From Patescibacteria group bacterium (GTDB taxonomy: Bacteria > Patescibacteriota > Minisyncoccia > Phycocordibacterales > PALSA-1337): a DNA stretch of 45,564 nucleotides. Position 1 is the first letter of the stretch. Every line of letters begins with the position of its first letter. Made by a program: the position numbers and the translations under genes. Location: NCBI GenBank assembly GCA_038065395.1, contig JBBTRB010000007.1, positions 1-45,564 on the forward strand, in the 5' to 3' direction. The notes beneath the pieces were generated by a model, which was not told where the DNA came from, made no database searches, and saw nothing but the letters and a program-made list of their open reading frames with translations. Shown piece by piece: positions 1 to 9,247 of the stretch.

Positions 1-55
1 GGATTACTCCGCACGATTTTGAGTCGTGTGCGTCTACCAATTCCGCCATCCCGGC
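1..55 (-). tRNA. tRNA-Leu(CAA), 3' end truncated by window edge
   Basis: Reverse complement GCCGGGATGGCGGAATTGGTAGACGCACACGACTCAAAATCGTG...; D-arm, anticodon loop CT-CAA-AA, start of a long variable arm. Confidence 0.93.
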
Positions 56-95
56 GATATGCACAGTGTACTTGAATTTGAAGTAAAATCAAATG

Positions 96-127
96 AAAAG
101 CCCTCGGCGTTGCGGAACGACGAGGGC
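96..127 (-). terminator. Intrinsic terminator for the minus-strand ORF 140-400
   Basis: GCCCTCG...CGAGGGC stem, followed by TTTT on the minus strand. Confidence 0.6.
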
Positions 128-139
128 GATTGTGCGGGA

Positions 140-400
140 TTACTTTCTTCGGAGACTCTTGAGAGGAGACTTTTTGCCGGGCACGATTCGGACATAGATT
201 GTCCGAGGTTTTCGAGAGGTTCTCGGAGAGGGCTTTTGTTGATGGTGGCGGTTCGCTAGTGAACCGTGACAACTTCCGATCTCTGTCGACGTGCGCAGAT
301 AGTGCTTCCAGACAAATTGCCTGAATCCTTGTTGAGACCTATATCGTTGAGATAGGTAACGGATCTTTCGTGGAGAGATGCCGAACAATATTCTCGCCAT
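140..400 (-). CDS. Small basic hypothetical protein (86 aa)
   Basis: SD-like GAGGA upstream of ATG and a terminator downstream; no recognisable domain. Confidence 0.5.
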   Translation of the reverse strand: MARILFGISPRKIRYLSQRYRSQQGFRQFVWKHYLRTSTEIGSCHGSLANRHHQQKPSPRTSRKPRTIYVRIVPGKKSPLKSLRRK

Positions 401-413
401 ATGTTCCTCGTGG

Positions 414-524
414 TTAGTGGTTGCTCGAGAGTGAATTCCCTGGTTTCAAGTGACCGTTTACGACTGGAGTTGGTAGGGCACGGACGATGTTGAGTGGGGT
501 TGCCGATGGATGTTTTGTTTTCAT
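414..524 (-). CDS. Possible 36-aa micro-ORF MKTKHPSATPLNIVRALPTPVVNGHLKPGNSLSSNH
   Basis: Open frame that ends just before the SD of ORF 140-400; not in the ORF track. Confidence 0.3.
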   Translation of the reverse strand: MKTKHPSATPLNIVRALPTPVVNGHLKPGNSLSSNH

Positions 525-553
525 AGAGGGTTCAGATCTGGTACAATCCTAGC

Positions 554-1546
554 ATGACAACTGCTTTTGTAAACGATGCCGTCTTCTGGATCGAGGTCGG
601 TAAGATCAACCCCAACCCGTACCAACCTCGCCGTGAGTTCGACGAAGCCAAGCTCAAGGATCTCTCCGAGTCGATCCGCATGTACGGAGTCCTCCAGCCA
701 CTGATCGTCACTCGCAAAGAGGTCTATCACGACGGTGGTGGTATGTCTGTCGAGTACGAGCTCATCTCAGGAGAGCGACGTCTGCGTGCATCGAGGCTCG
801 CGGGACTCGCTCAGGTGCCGGCACTGATCAAGACAGGTGAAGAAGACGGACGTCTCAAGCTCGAACTCGCCATCATCGAAAATTTGCAACGCGAAGATCT
901 CAACCCAGTTGATCGTGCACGTTCGTTCGAACGTCTAGCCAAAGAGTTTGGTCTCAAGCAGGCACAGATCGCGGTCAAGGTTGGCAAGAGTCGCGAGTAT
1001 GTTTCCAACTCTTTGCGTATCTTGGCATTGCCGGGAGAGATGATCACTGCGCTCGAGGAAGGCCGCATCTCCGAAGGTCACACACGACCACTCCTCATGC
1101 TCTCAGACCGTCCCGAGGAGCAACTCGTTCTCTTCAAAGAGATCATGGCCAAGAAGCTCACCGTCCGTGAAGCCGAAGCGCTGTCTCGACGTGTAGCGAC
1201 TGACCGTATCCGCAACAAAGACAAATATCTTGATCCTGCGATCATCGAGATGGAGCGCAATTTTACCGAGTCGCTCGGCACGCGTGTACGTATCGAAAAG
1301 AACAAAGAGGGAGGCACGGTCACAATCGACTTTTTTAGTCCGGATGATTTGCGCGCGTTGTTGGAGAAGATGAATACTCGTGTCATCCCCGCAAACCGAA
1401 GCGAAGCGGAGGTGCAAGCGGGGATCCAGGATCAGGTCACGGAAGGTGGGAATAACGCCGATGCTCCGATCGACGATCGTTCCGCCGAAGAGATCCATAA
1501 AGAAGAAAATGAAGAGATCTATTCGTTGAAGAATTTTAGTCTTTAA
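554..1546 (+). CDS. parB: ParB/Spo0J chromosome partitioning protein
   Basis: PNPYQPRREF, GVLQP, ISGERRLRA, IENLQREDLNP and HTH motifs. Confidence 0.96.
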   Translation: MTTAFVNDAVFWIEVGKINPNPYQPRREFDEAKLKDLSESIRMYGVLQPLIVTRKEVYHDGGGMSVEYELISGERRLRASRLAGLAQVPALIKTGEEDGRLKLELAIIENLQREDLNPVDRARSFERLAKEFGLKQAQIAVKVGKSREYVSNSLRILALPGEMITALEEGRISEGHTRPLLMLSDRPEEQLVLFKEIMAKKLTVREAEALSRRVATDRIRNKDKYLDPAIIEMERNFTESLGTRVRIEKNKEGGTVTIDFFSPDDLRALLEKMNTRVIPANRSEAEVQAGIQDQVTEGGNNADAPIDDRSAEEIHKEENEEIYSLKNFSL

Positions 1547-1580
1547 ATACATCTACAAATAAAAAAGACCCGAGAGGGGT

Positions 1581-1871
1581 CTAGTCGGACTTTGCGCATG
1601 CTCGTGCGCATAGGGCTTTGCTTAGAATGAGGAATATCGTCCCCAGGACTACACACAGGCAGAAGAATGTAGTGGCGCAATAGATACATGTCTGAAACCT
1701 CGTCAGATCTGCATCTGAAATCCCTGTGAGGGTAATGGGAAGATCTTGCACATGAGACCAAGAACGTGTCACGGGTACGATCGCAATATGCATGATGAGC
1801 GAACCGAATATTCCGAGTGCCAATACCCTGCGGGATCTACACCCCAAGGTATCGAGGTCAGGTGTATTCAT
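1581..1871 (-). CDS. Hypothetical 2-TM membrane protein
   Basis: Two hydrophobic segments; ATG at 1871 overlaps the TGA of the upstream ORF (ATGA). Confidence 0.5.
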   Translation of the reverse strand: MNTPDLDTLGCRSRRVLALGIFGSLIMHIAIVPVTRSWSHVQDLPITLTGISDADLTRFQTCIYCATTFFCLCVVLGTIFLILSKALCARACAKSD

Positions 1872-2191
1872 GCGAATTTGGAGCAGATGTGTCTTTTCAG
1901 ACGAATGATCCATGACAGAAAAAACCCAAAGTATCCTAAAACCAAGAGTGCAATAAACAACGTGGCAATGCCAGCAAGAAGAGTATTCGAGAAGTTTATG
2001 AGTCGGAGGAGCGCATCACCTTTTGTGAGAGTATCTTCGTATTTTTGTGTAAACCCAAAATAGATTGGGCATACAACATAAAATAAGATGCCTAGACCGA
2101 TCATTCCTGTGATAGCGAGATACGATGAGACACGAGAGACATTTTTCCAATCAAATAGAGATGGTTTCATGAAGAGCCTTTCTGCTCTCAT
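1868..2191 (-). CDS. Hypothetical 2-TM membrane protein
   Basis: Directly follows topA; two hydrophobic helices. Confidence 0.55.
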   Translation of the reverse strand: MRAERLFMKPSLFDWKNVSRVSSYLAITGMIGLGILFYVVCPIYFGFTQKYEDTLTKGDALLRLINFSNTLLAGIATLFIALLVLGYFGFFLSWIIRLKRHICSKFA

Positions 2192-2198
2192 TTAACAC

Positions 2199-4472
2199 CT
2201 ACTCCTTCTTCTTTGCAAATCTACCTCGGCCTGGTTTCTTGGGGATCGCGAGAAGTTCGAGAGCGCGTTCGAGAGAGATCTCGTAGACATCGTCAGGTAC
2301 TTTGACTGAACGGAAGTTGGTATCAGATACGACGAATGGACCGAAGCGACCGATCGAGGCGGTGACTTCGAGGCCTGTTTTGGGATCGGTACCGAGGAGG
2401 CGGGGAACGGAGAGATATTTGAGAGCGTCAGCGATCGTGACTTTGGATGGATCCATGGTCTTGGGGATCGAGGCCATGCGAGGTTTGATGGGTTTTGGGG
2501 CAGGGATGACAGAAGAAGGGACTTCCGTGACCAGATCCTTTTTCTTTTTACTTCTTACCTTCTTAACCTTCGGTGGTTTGACCCCGAGTTGTACATACGG
2601 ACCAAAGCGTCCATTCAAGACAAAGATCGGGAGACCAGTGGTTGGATCCATACCGATAGGTTCGTCTTTTTTGAATTCAACACCTTCCAGTGTCAGTGCA
2701 CCATCGCAGTCAGGATAACGCATACACGAAAGGAATTTGCCGTTGCGACCCAGCTTGATCTCCATGGGAGTCGTTCCGCATTTTGGACATTTGAACTTTG
2801 GATCGGCTTCGCCCAAGTTGGTGATCTTGGCAATGTTCTCTTTGGCTTTGACTTCTTTGTGAAAAGGCCCGTAAAATTCTTTGAGCGTTGCGGTGTATTG
2901 GCGGGTACCTCCGGCGATATCGTCGAGCTTGTCTTCCATCTCGGCGGTGAATGAGTCACTGATATATGAAGGGAAGTATTCTTCGAGGAAAGAAGACACG
3001 ACGTCACCGGTGTCGGTGGGACGGATGGATTTGTTCTCTTTGGTGACATAGCCACGGTCTTCGATGGTCTTGGTGATCGATGCATAGGTAGAAGGACGAC
3101 CGATGCCACGTTTCTCGAGCTCTTTGATCAGGCCGGCTTCGGTATAGCGTCCTGGTGGCTGGGTTTGCTTTTCTTCGGAGCCGATCGACAGTATCTTGAG
3201 TGGCTCGTCTTTGGCGCATTTAGGTAGATGCATATCTTCACCGACCGAGTCAGGGTCAGCCTTGAGCCAACCGTCAAAGAGGATGCGTGAGCCGGTGGCC
3301 TCGAAGTTCGGTATCGAGTCGCTCGAGACGTTGGCGATGATCTTGGTACGAGCCATGGTGGCGTCGGCCATTTGCGAAGCGACGGTGCGTTGCCAGATCA
3401 GACGATAGAGTCTCTTTTGTTCATCGTTGAGACCGGCGGATTCTTTGGCGAGTTTGGTCGGACGGATGGCCTCGTGAGCTTCTTGGGCATTCTTGCTCTT
3501 TGCGGAGTAGTTATGGAACTCGAGATACTTGTCACCAAAGTTTTTGGTGATGACTGCGGCGATCTGTGCCAAGGCTTGCTTGCCAAGGTTGGTCGAGTCG
3601 GTACGCATATAGGTGATATGACCGGCTTCGTAGAGCTTCTGAGCAATACCCATGGTGCGTGATGGAGAGAAGCCGAGACGAGAACTGGCTGTCTGTTGCA
3701 GGGTCGAGGTGATGAACGGTGCACGAGGTGAACGCTTTTGTTCGGACTCTTCGACGTCGACGACATTCCAAGATTCCTTGTTGGCAACAGCAATGATCTT
3801 TTCTACTTCGGCGAAGCTGCGAGGTTCTTTGGAACAGATGAGTTTGAGTGACTCTTTGTTCTTGGTCTGCCATTCACCGGCGATGACCCAGTAAGTCTCG
3901 GGGATGAATGCACGGATCTCACGCTCGCGTTCCATGATGATACGCAGTGCAGGTGACTGTACGCGACCAGCAGAGAGACCGTAGCGAACTTTCTTCCAGA
4001 TGAGACCAGAGAGATCGTAGCCGACCAGTCGGTCGAGTACACGACGGGCTTCTTGGGCTTCACGGAGATTTTGGTCAATATTGCGTGGATGTTCGAGAGC
4101 CTCATTGATCGCTTCTTTGGTGATCTCGTGGAAGGCGATACGTGACAACTTTTTTGTGACAGAGGCACCGATACGTTCTTTGAGCACCTCGGCGATATGC
4201 CAGGCGATAGCTTCACCTTCGCGGTCCGGGTCAGTTGCGAGGATGATCTCGGTTGCTTTGCGAGCATGAGTGGTGATGTCGGCGAGTACGTCTTCTTTTT
4301 TGGCGACAACTTCGTAATGAGGGATGAAACCTCCTTCTATGTCGACAGCCTTTTTGTTGGACTTGGGCAGATCACGTACATGACCGACAGATGCACGTAC
4401 GACGAACCCATCTCCGAGATATTTGGAGATGGTTTTGGATTTACTTGGGGACTCGACGATCACTAATTTCAT
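2199..4472 (-). CDS. topA: DNA topoisomerase I (type IA)
   Basis: LVIVESPSK TOPRIM, ATDPDREGEAI, SAGRVQS, ITYMRTDS active-site Tyr, zinc ribbon and C-terminal GRFGPY repeats; start placed at MKLVIVES. Confidence 0.97.
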   Translation of the reverse strand: MKLVIVESPSKSKTISKYLGDGFVVRASVGHVRDLPKSNKKAVDIEGGFIPHYEVVAKKEDVLADITTHARKATEIILATDPDREGEAIAWHIAEVLKERIGASVTKKLSRIAFHEITKEAINEALEHPRNIDQNLREAQEARRVLDRLVGYDLSGLIWKKVRYGLSAGRVQSPALRIIMEREREIRAFIPETYWVIAGEWQTKNKESLKLICSKEPRSFAEVEKIIAVANKESWNVVDVEESEQKRSPRAPFITSTLQQTASSRLGFSPSRTMGIAQKLYEAGHITYMRTDSTNLGKQALAQIAAVITKNFGDKYLEFHNYSAKSKNAQEAHEAIRPTKLAKESAGLNDEQKRLYRLIWQRTVASQMADATMARTKIIANVSSDSIPNFEATGSRILFDGWLKADPDSVGEDMHLPKCAKDEPLKILSIGSEEKQTQPPGRYTEAGLIKELEKRGIGRPSTYASITKTIEDRGYVTKENKSIRPTDTGDVVSSFLEEYFPSYISDSFTAEMEDKLDDIAGGTRQYTATLKEFYGPFHKEVKAKENIAKITNLGEADPKFKCPKCGTTPMEIKLGRNGKFLSCMRYPDCDGALTLEGVEFKKDEPIGMDPTTGLPIFVLNGRFGPYVQLGVKPPKVKKVRSKKKKDLVTEVPSSVIPAPKPIKPRMASIPKTMDPSKVTIADALKYLSVPRLLGTDPKTGLEVTASIGRFGPFVVSDTNFRSVKVPDDVYEISLERALELLAIPKKPGRGRFAKKKE

Positions 4473-4588
4473 TTCGCTAAGTATTGCATGCAAAACACAA
4501 AAAGCAAACTAACAGAAGAAAATTTATCCGGATTTGAACCTAAATTCATCGTTTCTTCATACTGATGTCGTATGATCGATGCATACCT

Positions 4589-5500
4589 ATGTATACACCC
4601 AAGAAAATATACAAGAATGACTACCCCGCACTCTTGCAACAGATCACACAACTGCCGCTCTTCATGTATGTGCAGGGAGAGTTGCCACCGGATACTTCTA
4701 TCTATCTCTGCGTCATCGGAGCACGACACCATAGTTCCTATGGCGAAGATGCTTGCAAACATCTCATCCAGGGGTTGGCGGGGTATCCGATCGTGATCGT
4801 TTCGGGACTGGCGATCGGTATCGACTCTATCGCTCACGAGGCGGCACTGGAGGCAGGTCTCTCAACAGTTGCATTCCCTGGGTCGGGACTGTCTCCTGCA
4901 GTCTTGTATCCTCGGAGCAAACAATACCTGGCCGAGCAGATCCTCGAAGCTGGTGGGGCGCTAGTGTCGCCGTTCGATCTGATGCAAACAGGATCTCACT
5001 GGACATTCCCGACGCGCAACAGACTGATGGCTGGTATGTGTCATGCTACGCTCATCATCGAAGGTGAAGAAGGTTCGGGCACACTCCTGACCGCTCGGCA
5101 TGCACTGGAGTTCGGTCGCGATGTGATGATCATTCCTGGGTCTATATTCTCGACCCTTTCCTACGGTCCGCACCTCCTGATGCGTGACGGTGCCTATCCG
5201 GTCACCAACGTCCAGGAAGTACTCGACATCCTCGGGTTCCAGAGGGAGGTGGTCGTACCTGTTGAGACTAGTGAGACACAAGGTCTGCTTTTTGACACAG
5301 TGGATGCCGACATGTCACCTATCCAGAAGTCTATCCTCGAAACCCTGTTCGAACCCCTATCTCGTGACGAACTGATCCGTCGTATGGGGACAGATGCCTC
5401 TGCAGTCAACATCGCTCTGTCGGAGCTTGAGCTCAAGGGGGTGGTCGAGGAGAGGGGAGGGACATGGAAAGCAAATAGGAAAGGCAGAGTTACTGATTAG
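4589..5500 (+). CDS. dprA: DNA-processing protein DprA
   Basis: IVSGLAIGID, FPTRNRLMAG, SGTLLTA, C-terminal winged helix; divergent from topA. Confidence 0.95.
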   Translation: MYTPKKIYKNDYPALLQQITQLPLFMYVQGELPPDTSIYLCVIGARHHSSYGEDACKHLIQGLAGYPIVIVSGLAIGIDSIAHEAALEAGLSTVAFPGSGLSPAVLYPRSKQYLAEQILEAGGALVSPFDLMQTGSHWTFPTRNRLMAGMCHATLIIEGEEGSGTLLTARHALEFGRDVMIIPGSIFSTLSYGPHLLMRDGAYPVTNVQEVLDILGFQREVVVPVETSETQGLLFDTVDADMSPIQKSILETLFEPLSRDELIRRMGTDASAVNIALSELELKGVVEERGGTWKANRKGRVTD

Positions 5501-5554
5501 ACTACAAAAAACCCTACCATCACGAATGACGATAGGGTTGACTAAAGAAGACGT

Positions 5555-6943
5555 TTAATTCTCCTTGAGGCGAAAGAACCTGGTTCCATTTGTGGTCGAC
5601 ATTGAGACGCTGATCACATTGGTAACACTGTTCGTGGTGAAGTCGTTGTACCAATCTGTTAGGTTCGTCGACCATTGCAGGGTATAGGAGACCTGAGGTT
5701 TGCATACAACCTGGAAGGTAGAGACTCCGCTACTTTGTGTTTGGAAGAAGAACTTTGGTTGGAATACCTGCACCACATCAACGAATGAAGTGGTAGAAGA
5801 CATGACGGTCTTGCTGATAGGGGCGCCATTGATGTATATGGCACCTATGCCGCTTTGGATCGTCGAACTGATTTCGTCGGTAGTCCAGAGGAAGCTTCCT
5901 GTCTCAGAATCTGACAATACTTCGCACCACAGAGGAAGCTCCTTCAGCTGACCGTTTGTAATGATCAGGTTGATGGGGAAATCCACCTTGGTGCTGTACT
6001 GACTATTCGAGGAAGGTTTGTAACTGAGGGTGTTGGTTCTCAGTCCTACATTACCATCCTTGAGAGTGAACTTCAGTGAAAGCCAGTTTGTTGAGAAACT
6101 GGTGAGGATGATTGCAATATTGGTCACCTGAACGTTGTTTGTGGCCAGTGTACTATCGAGCACGACCGATCCACATATCGCACTATCACCTCGGGCAATC
6201 GCGAAGGTATTGTTTGCAGCCAGAGACATCCTCAGTGCAGTGGTCACCACATCAATCTCCTCGGTGAATTGGATGATCTGACATCTTTCGTTGAGGAGGA
6301 GGAACAGGTGAGGACCATCGAGGAGAGTGTGCGATGCTGGGGGATACGCAGATGCTAACCCTGCGGGGTAAGGCATTACGAATGCATGAGTCCCACTCGG
6401 GGTCATCAGTGTGAAGTTGGTGACCAAGAAACCGTAATCTCCCATATGTAGTATCGGACTTTCGAAGGTCAGGAGGCATGTATCATTGCTCTGAAATCCA
6501 CTCCACACCAATGTGTTGGTACGACTTTGTCCAGGTAACCAAGGGTCGTATCTATCCAAATGGGCAGATAGTGTCGCAGGGCCTGTAACATGCACAAACC
6601 CACTACTGACGGTGATGTTGGTAGAAGCATTTGTTCCGACCAACCGTACTTTGTACCGATACTCCGAAGGATATCGTGCGGGAGTAGCCAGCACAAAGCT
6701 GTTCGTTCCTGTAGGCAAGACTGCGGTGTACAGAGCGTTATCGCTGACAAACACAACATTGTCCGTGTCATACCAGTCAAAATAAAGCGTGACACCCATG
6801 TTGGCAACGTTGGTCCAGGATATGATGTGCATTCCATTGCCAGGGAAGTCCTCGCCACCTTGAGGGTAAAGCAAAGACAACTGCGCATTGACCGAAACTA
6901 CCTGACTGATCACAAGTCCAACTATCGCTAATAACTTTTTCAT
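5555..6943 (-). CDS. Secreted Thr/Asn/Ser-rich, beta-rich protein
   Basis: Signal peptide MKKLLAIVGLVISQVVSVNA with SD AAAGGA; PxGGE..W Ig-like start; ends YTLQWSTNLTDW...TNGTRFFRL. Confidence 0.75.
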   Translation of the reverse strand: MKKLLAIVGLVISQVVSVNAQLSLLYPQGGEDFPGNGMHIISWTNVANMGVTLYFDWYDTDNVVFVSDNALYTAVLPTGTNSFVLATPARYPSEYRYKVRLVGTNASTNITVSSGFVHVTGPATLSAHLDRYDPWLPGQSRTNTLVWSGFQSNDTCLLTFESPILHMGDYGFLVTNFTLMTPSGTHAFVMPYPAGLASAYPPASHTLLDGPHLFLLLNERCQIIQFTEEIDVVTTALRMSLAANNTFAIARGDSAICGSVVLDSTLATNNVQVTNIAIILTSFSTNWLSLKFTLKDGNVGLRTNTLSYKPSSNSQYSTKVDFPINLIITNGQLKELPLWCEVLSDSETGSFLWTTDEISSTIQSGIGAIYINGAPISKTVMSSTTSFVDVVQVFQPKFFFQTQSSGVSTFQVVCKPQVSYTLQWSTNLTDWYNDFTTNSVTNVISVSMSTTNGTRFFRLKEN

Positions 6944-7052
6944 TGCGTTCCTTTTCTTTTTGATTTTGCATTGAACCGTCTGAAGCTCATGATAACATAA
7001 ATTAGCGAAATACAATATTCACAAAGTGGTATAACTCTGGTATGCTTGTGAT

Positions 7053-7889
7053 ATGTATAAAAAAATTCTTACATTAGTATCTCTGATTATCGTATTGGTT
7101 GTAGTTGTATCTATATTTCATTACAACAGTAATTCTTTGGTCAGAAAATGTGGCATACAACCTAAATCTATTGAATTGAATGAAAGAGACGACACAAGTA
7201 CCTGGGAGGTCGTAGATCAAGGTGGATATGGATACAAACTAAAGATTCCTCAAGAATGGTCAGTGAATCATATTCAGAATGGTCAAAAAAATACAAGTCT
7301 TGTGCGCCAGGACAGTTCGATAGTAATAACTGAAATTGATTCCGCAAGTATTCCTGACTGCGGTATAACAATCACATTAGAAGATAAGATATATAATGTT
7401 ACCTACACACCTTTTAGTGATGCTGGTAAAACTTCAACCAAGTTATGGTTAAAGACCATGAATTCAATCGTAAGTACTATTGAATATTCAGATAAAGAGT
7501 CAGCCGAACTAGATCGAAGTCTTACATATAATCTGAATGGTTACTATTCGACCTACGATAAACTTATGTATCCTCTAGAATATGATCCAGTTCGAGATCC
7601 TTATCCTGCAACCACAACCTGTTCCTCGTTTACTGTACTTGGTGGCGATAATAAATTTATTTCGTATTATAGAAATATCATAAGTATGGGTAATACTTTA
7701 AATAGATTAAATGAGGATGGAAATTTAATGATAAATATTGATCTTAAAGAGTTACAGACGGATATAAAAAATTCTTTGTTAAAATCTAATAAACAAAGTC
7801 AAATATCTTTGAATGTCAAAGTTATGCCGCTGTTAGAGAGAGATGCGGGTTATTGTGAAAGTAGACTTACAATAATCTCCGTACAATAA
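7053..7889 (+). CDS. AT-rich hypothetical protein with N-terminal membrane anchor
   Basis: 278-aa ORF with N-terminal TM; YGYKLKIPQEW motif like PsbP-type surface proteins. Confidence 0.7.
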   Translation: MYKKILTLVSLIIVLVVVVSIFHYNSNSLVRKCGIQPKSIELNERDDTSTWEVVDQGGYGYKLKIPQEWSVNHIQNGQKNTSLVRQDSSIVITEIDSASIPDCGITITLEDKIYNVTYTPFSDAGKTSTKLWLKTMNSIVSTIEYSDKESAELDRSLTYNLNGYYSTYDKLMYPLEYDPVRDPYPATTTCSSFTVLGGDNKFISYYRNIISMGNTLNRLNEDGNLMINIDLKELQTDIKNSLLKSNKQSQISLNVKVMPLLERDAGYCESRLTIISVQ

Positions 7890-7928
7890 AAAACAGGCAC
7901 CGAAGCACCTGTTGCGAATAAAACAGAT

Positions 7929-9113
7929 CTATTGCGTGTTTGTGGATTGGTAATAGATAGGTGTGTATTGACCTTGATTTGAATCCCAGGTGGTATTGAG
8001 ATTGTAATCCTTTAGAAGGCGGTTTTCCATTCGGACAACATTAAGTTCAGGCGAAGCATCGAACCCGTTAGGACTAGTTCCTGCATGGTTCTTGAAGTAA
8101 AAGGTGATATGCAGATGCACATCATCTGTACCAGTTTTTCCCATTGTACCAATAACGTCACCTTGATTGACTCTAGCTCCGACTGCTAAAGGGGATTGTG
8201 ATTCTAGGTGGATACATATACTTTGGAATCCTGTTTCTAACTTCGTATCATAATCGTGATCGATTTTGATAAACCAGCCATTTAGAGCACTTTGACCATT
8301 ACCCACAACAACTCCTCCCGCAACGGCGTAAACAGGTGGATCGATTGCAAGTTGCTCAGGACCCCCTGTCAAAGGTTTCCAGCGAGGGCTAAAATCTAGT
8401 GAGTAATAGGTGTTACCTGTATGAAAAGTGTCATCTATTCCGTCATAAGATTTACCGCCAGTTTCAACAGTTAGTTTCCATGCTTTTCCGCCAGCCAGAG
8501 GCATCTTGAATCTCGGAAGTCTCTCGTAAGACACTTCGATATAAGGACGCACCTCCAGTTTGTTTTCAGAGGATCTGAAGTAGTTGAAGTTGTTGTCAGC
8601 GCTTAGTGGACTCAGGGCTATACCATGGTTTGGCTCTGCGCCTGTAATCCAAGCATAATATTCCTGTGTAATATCGAAGGAGTACAAACTATTGGGCGAT
8701 GGGGCAGCAAGAGTACCTTGCGGGTTAACGGTTGTGCCCCAATGATCGGTCGTGGAACTTTCGGACCAAGGACTTCGTATGAACCACTTACGCATCGCTG
8801 TAGGATTTTCTGAGTCCATAGAATGCAGATTCATTGTGGCTTTGTTCAAGATGATCCTGTCGGTACCCGGCACACGTAAATCCACAGGAATTTTGATGAA
8901 GGAGTAATATATATCACCCCAGCCACCCACCTTGAGTGTATCGTTATTCCGTCCATCGCGTTCATAAATGGTTCCGAACCATTTGTCATGGACAGTATTG
9001 TCACTGGTTATGACTCTAATGATATATTTTTCCTCGAAACCCTCAGTTTTCACAGGGGAGAGGAAAAATCCCAACACCAACATAACAGACCACCAACATT
9101 TTCTAGTTTTCAT
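7929..9113 (-). CDS. Secreted M23-family metallopeptidase with probable N-terminal DNRLRE/CBM96-like domain
   Basis: Signal peptide; H...YSLDF, VYAVAGGVV, GWFIKIDH, GDVIGTMGKTG and VHLH; N-terminal domain has W..G..PNHG and FxSSE..RPY. Confidence 0.8.
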   Translation of the reverse strand: MKTRKCWWSVMLVLGFFLSPVKTEGFEEKYIIRVITSDNTVHDKWFGTIYERDGRNNDTLKVGGWGDIYYSFIKIPVDLRVPGTDRIILNKATMNLHSMDSENPTAMRKWFIRSPWSESSTTDHWGTTVNPQGTLAAPSPNSLYSFDITQEYYAWITGAEPNHGIALSPLSADNNFNYFRSSENKLEVRPYIEVSYERLPRFKMPLAGGKAWKLTVETGGKSYDGIDDTFHTGNTYYSLDFSPRWKPLTGGPEQLAIDPPVYAVAGGVVVGNGQSALNGWFIKIDHDYDTKLETGFQSICIHLESQSPLAVGARVNQGDVIGTMGKTGTDDVHLHITFYFKNHAGTSPNGFDASPELNVVRMENRLLKDYNLNTTWDSNQGQYTPIYYQSTNTQ

Positions 9114-9247
9114 TCTTACCTTTCAGTTTTTGTGTTTGTTTATGTGCTAGCCATCGACAAGAATATCAGATATACCGATAGTTAGCAACTATACATGCGA
9201 TTTTTGCCATTAAATTTCTCCCAAAAAAGTGATATACTGGGCGGACT

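Noticed and set aside
2302-4466. Numerous overlapping short ORFs within topA (and likewise within uvrA, uvrB and serS)
   Set aside because: Off-frame or antisense shadows of strongly supported genes, with no independent signals.
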